From: Candidatus Lokiarchaeum ossiferum
GTDB lineage: Archaea > Asgardarchaeota > Lokiarchaeia > Sigyniarchaeales > Promethearchaeaceae
Direction of reading: 5' to 3'
Assembly: GCA_025839675.1 (NCBI GenBank)
Contig: CP104013.1
Span: 60,001 to 92,000, forward strand
Length of the DNA: 32,000 nt
Shown here: positions 1-7,056 of the stretch, one piece after another
Numbering within the stretch: the stretch's first letter is position 1
How the letters are laid out: each line of letters opens with the position of its first letter
Notes under the pieces: generated by a model
Database searches by the model: none
Told to the model about the DNA's origin: nothing
What the model saw: only the letters and a program-made list of their open reading frames with translations
Made by a program: the position numbers and the translations under genes

Positions 1-277
1 TGTTAGAAAGGAATTCATTTCTCCCTAAAATTCTGGAAGAAATCCCCGCTTTCTCCACTTTTTCCGAAACGGGAAATCCAATTTCGGCATCAAAACCCTC
101 CACAGGAGTATCATAGTGAAAGATAAGGGTTAATGGACCAACAATTCTTCCATGGCATTCTTCTTTTAGAATTTTCACCTGAGGCTCTAAATCCGCTCGT
201 TTTTTTATCGGTTTTCGAATGCTTGCAAATAATGTTTCTTCCCGAATAACATGGGAGATATTATATGAATTTTCCAT
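1..277 (-). CDS. GyrI-like / effector-binding small-molecule-binding domain protein, N-terminal part only (gene runs off the left edge)
   Basis: Not in the ORF track. Manual minus-strand translation from ATG 277..275 gives MENSYNISHVIREETLFASIRKPIKKRADLEPQVKILKEECHGRIVGPLTLIFHYDTPVEGFDAEIGFPVSEKVEKAG..., open to the window edge. The pattern resembles GyrI-like effector-binding domains. It starts 2 nt after the stop of 280..702, so the two are probably co-transcribed. Confidence 0.5.
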   Translation of the reverse strand, partial: MENSYNISHVIREETLFASIRKPIKKRADLEPQVKILKEECHGRIVGPLTLIFHYDTPVEGFDAEIGFPVSEKVEKAGISSRILGRNEFLSN

Positions 278-279
278 TT

Positions 280-702
280 TTAATCACCTTCAAGATTGAA
301 CAAATACATTTTTTTATTTTTGGGCGATTGCACCTCAAATTGAGATAAACTGAGCTGGATCAATTGATAATTTGGATCTGTGGGAGATTTAAAATACCGA
401 TCAAAAAACCAAATCGCTGGAATTATCTTTTCCTTTAGATTTTGATCCTCGCAAATTGATGCAATCCCTTGTCCTCGTATGGATCCTGCGCTTTCTTTTT
501 CATATATATCACATGACATTTCAATATTATGGTTGCTTATGATTTGAGCGAGCTTTGCTGTACCCGTGAAAGTAACCAACCAAAATTTGTGATCAAATTG
601 AACCAAAGCCATGGTCCTAACTCTTGGTCGATTATCATCAATTGTTGCAATATTTACATATTGAATATCTTTTAGATAGGTATAAACTTCTTGTAATTCC
701 AT
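280..702 (-). CDS. Pyridoxamine 5'-phosphate oxidase-like FMN-binding split-barrel family protein
   Basis: 140 aa. The N-terminus (VNIATIDDNRPRVRTMALVQFDHKFWLVTFTGTAK) is typical of the PNPOx-like split-barrel family. AGGAG lies about 9 nt upstream of the ATG. Confidence 0.65.
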   Translation of the reverse strand: MELQEVYTYLKDIQYVNIATIDDNRPRVRTMALVQFDHKFWLVTFTGTAKLAQIISNHNIEMSCDIYEKESAGSIRGQGIASICEDQNLKEKIIPAIWFFDRYFKSPTDPNYQLIQLSLSQFEVQSPKNKKMYLFNLEGD

Positions 703-843
703 ATTAATCTTCTCCTAAAGTATAGAAAATTATCTAATTCAAAATTCGAATTAAATATAATTAAAAAAGATTAGAGAATATTCTCATTTAAACGTTTTCA
801 TTGATTTCGAAATTTATTAAAAGTTTTTCTGAACTTCACGTTA

Positions 844-1302
844 TTAAAAATATTTTTCCATTAGAAGGTCTTTGAAATAATCAAAAATAGAAAGATCCCC
901 CACCCATGATCCAATAATTTGACCAAATTCAGTGTGAAACGTTTTTTGTATCTTTTGGAGCGTTTTCCGAACTGTTTTATCTCGGTTATTGATGTGAGTA
1001 CGCCCCACAAGAATAAATTCATTGGATTTTTCCAATTTTGGCATAATCATGATTTTGGAATCATGCATTTTTATCGCATTTAGGGAGTGGTTTGCTGTGA
1101 ATTCCATAGCTGTTATCATTCCAGAAAATAATGCGGGATCAACAGATTGCTTGTTAGGAAACGCGGGATTTTTTATATGGAGAAGCGGGGCTCCTGCATT
1201 ACTGATTATCCAGATTTCCATTAGTTTTGAAGTCATCCTATTCTCCGATCTTAATATAAAACGTAGCTTATTTAACTTTGTTTGGGTAAATAAAGATTCC
1301 AT
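844..1302 (-). CDS. Stand-alone roadblock/longin-superfamily protein, putative GTPase partner
   Basis: 152 aa. The predicted beta-beta-alpha-beta-beta-beta-alpha layout runs MEIWIISNAGAPLLH ... DPALFSGMITAMEFTAN ... KIMIMPKLEKSNEFILVGRTH ... RKTLQKIQKTFHTEF. It starts 29 nt downstream of the GTPase stop on the same strand. The true start could be an internal Met (MTSKL or MEIWII). Confidence 0.6.
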   Translation of the reverse strand: MESLFTQTKLNKLRFILRSENRMTSKLMEIWIISNAGAPLLHIKNPAFPNKQSVDPALFSGMITAMEFTANHSLNAIKMHDSKIMIMPKLEKSNEFILVGRTHINNRDKTVRKTLQKIQKTFHTEFGQIIGSWVGDLSIFDYFKDLLMEKYF

Positions 1303-1331
1303 TTCATTAATAATTATTCTTCTCCAAGGCT

Positions 1332-2342
1332 CTATTTTATATCTTCAGTGCGTAATACCCCTAATCGGATTATTTCTGAATTTCTTAAAATCAGTTTCAA
1401 TTTGTCAGTAAATATTTCAATGATTTCTGATAATCGTTCTCGTTCACTCAGCGATTTTGTTAAATCAATCCCCACAGTAAAGTAAAACGAAAACTTTGCA
1501 CTTCCGACAGAAATATCAAATTTTGTTGTGTTAATCTGCAAACTTTCCGTAGTTTTCGCATAATTTCCCTGGAGACTTCCCTCTATATAGATCTTTTGGT
1601 ATATCTGAATTAAAGACTGATTGATTTTTTTTAACGCTTCGGGCGAAGCATAATAATTTCCTATTTCAAAATCATTAACAAATAAAATCCCGAAATTCAA
1701 TTGATTGTCCAGACAAAATGCTTTAATGGTGCGACACAAAGTTTCGTATAAATTGGGATTTCTTAATAACGGTTGAGCAAAACTGGAGATGATACTAAAG
1801 GGATTATAGATTGAAGTATGAAAAATACTTGGAGTGATATCCAAAGACTGGATTGTAGGCAAGGTACCTTGAATAAACTCTTGCTCATTTCGAATCAACC
1901 TTGATTTATCTTCGTATTTTGTATCATATTTGTGGAAAAAAAGGTAAATTTTTAAATTTGGATTGAACTGATAGGCAATTTCTAATGATTTTAAGAAATA
2001 TGCCATACTTTGGCGAATTTTTGCAGATTCTTGCACATCAATTATGTAGTAGAGATATTTTATCCCCCGAAAATATTTCTGAGGTTGCCGCAGATAATTA
2101 TTCCGATATCTTTCTTGCCCGCCAAAATCCCAAATAACAAGCTGTCGTCCTAAAAATGAAATATCGGAACGATCTACCCCCTTGGTTGGGGCCAAGACCA
2201 TCAATGCTTCAAATTCATACAAAATGGTTTTGACCAAAGAAGTTTTTCCCGCATTGGCTAATCCTAAAATTGCGATTTTTTGAACTGAATTTAGTTCATC
2301 TTCAATTATTTTATTCAGTTCCTCTTTCACAAATTTATACAT
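1332..2342 (-). CDS. Rag/Gtr-family small GTPase with C-terminal roadblock domain
   Basis: 336 aa. P-loop GLANAGKTS, switch II WDFGGQE, and G4 as HKYD (Rag/Gtr use HKxD instead of NKxD). These are followed by IFHTSIYNPFSIISSFAQPLLRN, which parallels RagA [25 protein letters not shown], and then about 150 aa of roadblock-like C-terminal domain. A strong SD (AGGAGGA, 2351..2357) precedes the ATG. Confidence 0.85.
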   Translation of the reverse strand: MYKFVKEELNKIIEDELNSVQKIAILGLANAGKTSLVKTILYEFEALMVLAPTKGVDRSDISFLGRQLVIWDFGGQERYRNNYLRQPQKYFRGIKYLYYIIDVQESAKIRQSMAYFLKSLEIAYQFNPNLKIYLFFHKYDTKYEDKSRLIRNEQEFIQGTLPTIQSLDITPSIFHTSIYNPFSIISSFAQPLLRNPNLYETLCRTIKAFCLDNQLNFGILFVNDFEIGNYYASPEALKKINQSLIQIYQKIYIEGSLQGNYAKTTESLQINTTKFDISVGSAKFSFYFTVGIDLTKSLSERERLSEIIEIFTDKLKLILRNSEIIRLGVLRTEDIK

Positions 2343-2606
2343 TGGATTATTCCTCCTACCATGTTTGTCTGCTTTTCAGATACAAACTATCGCCAACAAT
2401 TCAATTTAATTCCTTCTTCCTATTTACTTTTTGATTTTGGAAAAAGCCTTATAAAATTTACAACCGAATTTAATCACTTCTCGAGTTTATAGAAATTATC
2501 AATCAGAATATACAAATGCTTAAGATAGATCAAAGCGCAATTTATAATTATAGCAAGTGATTTGAACAAATCAATTGATCTTGAGTAAATAACAAATAAT
2601 ACCACA

Positions 2607-3542
2607 ATGGTGAAACCCATGCCAAAACGATACGATGCGAATCTTGTTGATAATATTACGAAGTTTCATGAATTAGAATTTCATATTATGCGAGGAAGAA
2701 ATGAATCCGCCATATATTTTGATTTAGATCTCGATTTAAGTAAAACCCTCCCTTATATTGAGAAAGTAAATGAAGGAAAGGGTAAAAAAAAAATTACCTT
2801 ATTTCATATCATCCTAGGTGCTGCTGTAAGAACCCTCGCCTTACGTCCTAAATTAAATCGGTTTGTGTCTAATCGTCGGTTATGGCAACGCAATACTATG
2901 ACTTTAGCTTTTGTTGTCAAGAAAATGCTTGACGAAGATGCCGGATCAGTTAATGCTATGATCGATTTTGATCCTTTTGAGACTTTAGATACTATTTCTG
3001 AAAAGATTGATAAACATCTTTACGAAGCTAGAAAAACGAACTCCAACGAGAATGATAAACAAATTGAAATGATTACAAAAATGCCCCGCTTTTTAATTCG
3101 CTTCATTTTTTGGTTGGTTCGTTGGTTAGATGAAAGAAATTTGTTTTCCAAATTTGTGTACTCCCAAACCAAAGATATGCCTATGTATTCATCAGCCTTT
3201 CTTGCTAATCTTGGTAGCATTGGACTTCCAACTGTATACCACCATTTATTTGAAATGGGGACCATAGGCTTTTTCTTAGCAATTGGTAAAATCACAAAAC
3301 GCCCATTTGTGGATCAGGAAACGGGTGAATTGTCTGTTCGGCCAATGATGACTATTCGGATTACCCTAGATGATCGCATCTCTGAAGGAGTCTATCTTCG
3401 AAAGGCTGTGGATTATCTTCATTTATATATTGAAAATCCAGAAGAACTCGAGAAACCTTTAGAATTATCTCAAAAACAGTTGGATTGGTTAAAACTTAAG
3501 AAATACAAGAAAGATTGGTCCAAAAAAGGTAAAACCAAATAA
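2607..3542 (+). CDS. Stand-alone 2-oxoacid dehydrogenase E2-type acyltransferase catalytic domain (CAT-like fold), with no lipoyl or PSBD domains
   Basis: 311 aa. PMMTIRITLDDRISEGVYLRKAVDYLHLYIENPEEL aligns by eye with the E2 motif PMMYLALSYDHRLIDG....L..P..LL, and LANLGSIG matches the E2 SNLG motif. The catalytic His position is Asp (D256, 3372..3374). Confidence 0.7.
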   Translation: MVKPMPKRYDANLVDNITKFHELEFHIMRGRNESAIYFDLDLDLSKTLPYIEKVNEGKGKKKITLFHIILGAAVRTLALRPKLNRFVSNRRLWQRNTMTLAFVVKKMLDEDAGSVNAMIDFDPFETLDTISEKIDKHLYEARKTNSNENDKQIEMITKMPRFLIRFIFWLVRWLDERNLFSKFVYSQTKDMPMYSSAFLANLGSIGLPTVYHHLFEMGTIGFFLAIGKITKRPFVDQETGELSVRPMMTIRITLDDRISEGVYLRKAVDYLHLYIENPEELEKPLELSQKQLDWLKLKKYKKDWSKKGKTK

Positions 3543-3722
3543 AAAATAGATATCCGTATTTAAAATTCTGTGTTTTTCTTCTAAAGTCTTCTTTTTTTTC
3601 AACCATTCACATGGTTCTCTTGATTTTTTCTCTTCCTAATCCTCAGCATTTGAACATCCTTTTTCTTCGAAATAAGGTAAAAATTTAAGAAATGGTGTCT
3701 TATTATTATTCGAGGAAGAACA

Positions 3723-4181
3723 ATGGCATCGATTGATTTTAGATATCTTATCCCCGAACCAATTTTCAATGAAATGGTAGCACTTTCTAAAGAAGGACAC
3801 GATGATGGAAATCGAATTGTTGCCGGTTGGATGTTTGCTGACCGGAAGAACAATTTTGCAATTATTAAAGGCTATGAAATTACAAAAAACCCTTCGGACG
3901 CCCATGTTAGGCCCAAATCATGGATGCGGATGAAGAAACATAAACTTTACCACATGAGAAAACTCAAAGAAGAACGCAACATTGATATTGTATACCAATT
4001 TCACACTCATCCCGATGGTAAAGAAGATTTACATGATGTTGATTTGAAAATCCTTAACTATTTAACTACTGGGGTGATGGTGGTCATTACACCTACGAAT
4101 ATCATCGGTTGGTACTTTGATAAGCGGGAAACTAAAAAACCCTTGATTGATAAGATGGTTTTTGAGATTATCAACGAGTAA
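3723..4181 (+). CDS. JAB/MPN (JAMM) domain protein with a variant metal motif
   Basis: 152 aa. Upstream Glu (LSKEG), then QFHTHPDGKEDLHDVD, which is HxH-x7-H-x2-D against the canonical HxH-x7-S-x2-D. Size and layout fit minimal prokaryotic JAMM proteins. Confidence 0.7.
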   Translation: MASIDFRYLIPEPIFNEMVALSKEGHDDGNRIVAGWMFADRKNNFAIIKGYEITKNPSDAHVRPKSWMRMKKHKLYHMRKLKEERNIDIVYQFHTHPDGKEDLHDVDLKILNYLTTGVMVVITPTNIIGWYFDKRETKKPLIDKMVFEIINE

Positions 4182-4186
4182 AAGGG

Positions 4187-4212
4187 TTTTTTCTTCTTTT
4201 TCTCTGTTTTTT
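4187..4212 (+). terminator. T-rich tract (archaeal oligo-T terminator candidate) after the JAB gene
   Basis: A T6 run begins 6 nt after the TAA, followed by further T runs (ttttttcttctttttctctgtttttt). Confidence 0.35.
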
Positions 4213-4348
4213 CCTTTGTGTTTTTGCAATAAACTATAATCGTAGACCCCGAAATTGAATTGCTAACCTTGTCACGCATCTCAAAACTCACTGCATTGGG
4301 AAGAAAGAAGAAAAAACGAGTAAAACTAAAAATAATTTTGTTGCAATA

Positions 4349-4552
4349 TTAAGATTTTTGGGCGTGGCACCAATTTTCTTTACACGTGCGTGAGCAGAAT
4401 TTGTGTTCTGGAGGGTCTTGTCCAATATTTTTATGGATTACATGTCGTTTTGGAAGAGGCTTGCTGCACCAGTCACATTTTCGAATCTTTTTCAAAGATT
4501 CAGGTAATTTGATATCAATAAAAGAATCTGACATATTTTGTTTATATGTCAC
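4349..4552 (-). CDS. Small TRASH/FCS-type zinc-ribbon protein
   Basis: 67 aa. CDWC-x23-FCSRTC gives a C-x2-C ... C-x3-C spacing close to TRASH/FCS (L24e-like) zinc ribbons. Confidence 0.55.
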   Translation of the reverse strand: MTYKQNMSDSFIDIKLPESLKKIRKCDWCSKPLPKRHVIHKNIGQDPPEHKFCSRTCKENWCHAQKS

Positions 4553-4929
4553 ATTCGCCTTAAATATATCGATTTATAAAATCTCTTAAACTGTGAAAGT
4601 TTAAAACCATTTTTCGAAATTTTGAAAATAAAATTCAATATTGAAGATATTTGGGGAGAATTTTAAATACTCAATTAATTTCAGAATTAGTATCTTGTTT
4701 AAAAAGGCATTTTTTATGTAAAACTATGGTAAAATGTCCAAACGCTTTTTTCAGATGATATTCTTATATATTTCAAATTTTCTCACTCAAATTTAACTTT
4801 TTTATTCAAAATAAGAGCAAAAAAGATTATAAGATTATTTTAAATGAAAAAACAATATGGTCAATACCTCAACTTTGGAAGGATCGAATTTATTATTCCA
4901 AAAGGCCAAGAAGACATTATACAAAAAAA

Positions 4930-5601
4930 ATGAACAAGAATATGGTCAAGAAACTCATTCGGGGGATAATGAAAACATTAATCACAATTATTTCCATAGG
5001 CGCATTATTAACTTCATTTATTGGCGGAATATCCATATTTCAAGTGATATCAACTCCAGATTCCATCGATATTGATCCAGATAGTGCCGATATGAACTTA
5101 GGTGTATTAGGGAATAGTTTCTCGATTGATATGTCCTTTAATAATGAACGAGGGTATTATACTTTCGATAATTTTACCATTTCTGTTAGCATTGAATTAC
5201 GAGCAAAAGAGAGTAATGTGAATATATCCTATATGGATCAAATTTTATACCAAGAGGATTTAGCGGCTGGGCAGGATTATACTATTGCCTTAATCGCGGA
5301 AGAAGATGATTTTTCAACAGAAAACTTTCTGCTTCAAAATAACAACTCGTGGTATGATCCAGAAGTGGCGCTTTATTTAAATAATGCAACAATTAATGAA
5401 ACGGCGGAGATACAAACGTTAAGTTATCCCTACTTATTGTGGCATTATGATGTGGCCTTATCTATTCAAATTGTCTCATCTTATAATTTGGGTTTGGTCG
5501 ACTTTGGGCTTTCTATCGAATATATTGCTGACTATTATCAATATTTTACCCAAGATTATCCTACAATGAAAGAAAATATCATGACGAGTTATGGAATTTA
5601 A
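4930..5601 (+). CDS. Hypothetical N-terminally membrane-anchored extracytoplasmic protein
   Basis: 223 aa. A basic N-terminus and one TM helix (TLITIISIGALLTSFIGGISIF) precede an acidic ectodomain with several N-x-S/T sequons (NFT, NIS, NNS, NAT, NET). First gene of a tightly packed 4-gene cluster. Confidence 0.55.
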   Translation: MNKNMVKKLIRGIMKTLITIISIGALLTSFIGGISIFQVISTPDSIDIDPDSADMNLGVLGNSFSIDMSFNNERGYYTFDNFTISVSIELRAKESNVNISYMDQILYQEDLAAGQDYTIALIAEEDDFSTENFLLQNNNSWYDPEVALYLNNATINETAEIQTLSYPYLLWHYDVALSIQIVSSYNLGLVDFGLSIEYIADYYQYFTQDYPTMKENIMTSYGI

Positions 5602-6217
5602 AAAGTGCATTACTGTGAATCCGCGATTAAAAAATTTGCTAAAGGGATTAATGTCTGGAAGTTGGAATTGGGTGGTAAAAATTACAATCCCAATTTTCAT
5701 ATTCAATTATCTGATGCAACTAAGCATTATGGGTGTCCAACTATATACCGAAGAGAAAGTATCTCTAATCACGTATTGGATTATCGCTTTTGGCTTAATT
5801 TCAACTGCTTTGGCTGTTTTTATTGCCAGTTCACCCAAAAATTCGATCCGTCATGCAATTGGGGGCTTACTACTTTTGTTTGTTAATGGTTTTTATCTTT
5901 ATGTCTACAAATTTTCAGGGGCGGTGGATTTTCAAAATATAGTAATTAACTTAGGGCCAGACACCTCTGCGACTTTTTCCTTGAATTTAGACCCGATGAT
6001 ATATCTGAACATGGGTGTTATAGGATTGAATTTTCTGGTGGCTTTATGGGATCTTTTAATCGCTTTCCTATCACCTATTGAAGAAAAAGAAAAAACCAGA
6101 AGTGAACAAGGTTTAAACCATATTTCAAACACCCCTCTTCAAAAAAAAGAGAAAATGCGCTTAACTGAAAAAGACCGGGGGATGGAACAGAACGATGTTG
6201 ACGCATATTCATTTTAA
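5591..6217 (+). CDS. Hypothetical polytopic membrane protein (about 4 TM) with a charged C-terminal tail
   Basis: 208 aa with four hydrophobic helices. It overlaps the upstream gene by 11 nt. An alternative start at 5651 (MSGSWNW) is possible. Confidence 0.5.
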   Translation: MEFKKCITVNPRLKNLLKGLMSGSWNWVVKITIPIFIFNYLMQLSIMGVQLYTEEKVSLITYWIIAFGLISTALAVFIASSPKNSIRHAIGGLLLLFVNGFYLYVYKFSGAVDFQNIVINLGPDTSATFSLNLDPMIYLNMGVIGLNFLVALWDLLIAFLSPIEEKEKTRSEQGLNHISNTPLQKKEKMRLTEKDRGMEQNDVDAYSF

Positions 6218-6241
6218 CCAACCAGGAGGAAAATAAATCAA

Positions 6242-6532
6242 ATGCTACCTACAAATGTAGAAAATTTATTAAACACGTTAAGTGTTTACATTGCTAAAAT
6301 CTTACTTATTTTAATCCCATTTATGGGAATAGTTCTTCCAATTGTGACAGCCTTTGGTAAAGTGATTCGTGCGTATGTTGAACCATTCTATGAATTTTTA
6401 CCTCAAAATCCTAATTTTTTCCAGTTTAATACAAATTGGATATATGTGATTCTAGGGGGTTTAATCCTAATTTGTGGATTGGTGGTAAATTTAGTATGGC
6501 CAGAAAGATCAAAAAGAAAAAATTCAAAGTGA
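6242..6532 (+). CDS. Hypothetical small membrane protein (2 TM)
   Basis: 96 aa with two long hydrophobic helices. AGGAGG at 6224..6229 lies 12 nt upstream of the ATG. It ends in TGA, so TGA is a normal stop in this genome. Confidence 0.55.
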   Translation: MLPTNVENLLNTLSVYIAKILLILIPFMGIVLPIVTAFGKVIRAYVEPFYEFLPQNPNFFQFNTNWIYVILGGLILICGLVVNLVWPERSKRKNSK

Positions 6533-6556
6533 AGAAAAAACTTAAGTTACCTAGAA

Positions 6557-7051
6557 ATGAGAGTAATTGTTAAATTTAAAACCATTCTTAATTTGGTCTG
6601 GGGGACACCGATCAATGGTCGGGAGGCTTTTGCATTTGTTCGTGGATTTCCTGCGACTTTTTTCTTAACTGAAAGGCGAGCTATAGTCGTTGGAGAGTTT
6701 ACAGAGAAAGTGGGATGGTTCAAACCAAAAAAAATGCATCGGATCATTTTTGAAGCCGGGCTCCATAAATTAAAGGAGTTTAACATTAGCATTATTCCCG
6801 AAAAACGAATTTTTGCGGGTTTTATCAGTTTTCACCCTCATAATCAAGTTGGGGAAAATGCCACCATTCAATTTTTAAAAATGCGCCCAGAAATTGGGAA
6901 AGTGATCGAAGATCATCTTTCAAATCTTGAAATTCGAAATCCTGCCGAAGATTCTGGCATCGTTATGGTGGACGCAACAGCTATTCCACCACAGCGTTGG
7001 TTAAATAAAAGATTTGGCAAAAAAGATGGAACCCCAAAGATTTTGTATTAA
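6557..7051 (+). CDS. Hypothetical soluble protein, last gene of the 4-gene cluster
   Basis: 164 aa. It lies 24 nt after the previous gene. No family recognised. Confidence 0.45.
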   Translation: MRVIVKFKTILNLVWGTPINGREAFAFVRGFPATFFLTERRAIVVGEFTEKVGWFKPKKMHRIIFEAGLHKLKEFNISIIPEKRIFAGFISFHPHNQVGENATIQFLKMRPEIGKVIEDHLSNLEIRNPAEDSGIVMVDATAIPPQRWLNKRFGKKDGTPKILY

Positions 7052-7056
7052 TTTTT

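Noticed and set aside
743-752. Perfect 10-bp palindrome AATTCGAATT upstream of the PNPOx-like gene, as a possible operator
   Set aside because: Short AT-rich palindromes are expected by chance at this base composition. There is no second copy or flanking symmetry.
1022-1411. Antisense or alternative-frame ORFs from the track that lie inside stronger genes. These include 1022..1411, 3020..3295, 3599..3905, 4058..4291, 4386..4589, 4857..5075, 5476..5706, 5605..5886, 5932..6132, 6547..6792, 7404..9240, 10224..10484, 12342..12608, 13518..13709, 14369..14566, 15262..15474, 17913..18129, 20486..20710, 22233..23178, 23822..25016, 25747..26643, 27993..28328, 29605..29790, 30173..30403 and 30875..31153.
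   Set aside because: Each overlaps a longer ORF with clear family motifs on the other strand or frame. Their translations are low-complexity (Phe/Ile/Leu/Lys/Asn rich), as expected from AT-rich antisense sequence. No independent signal supports them.
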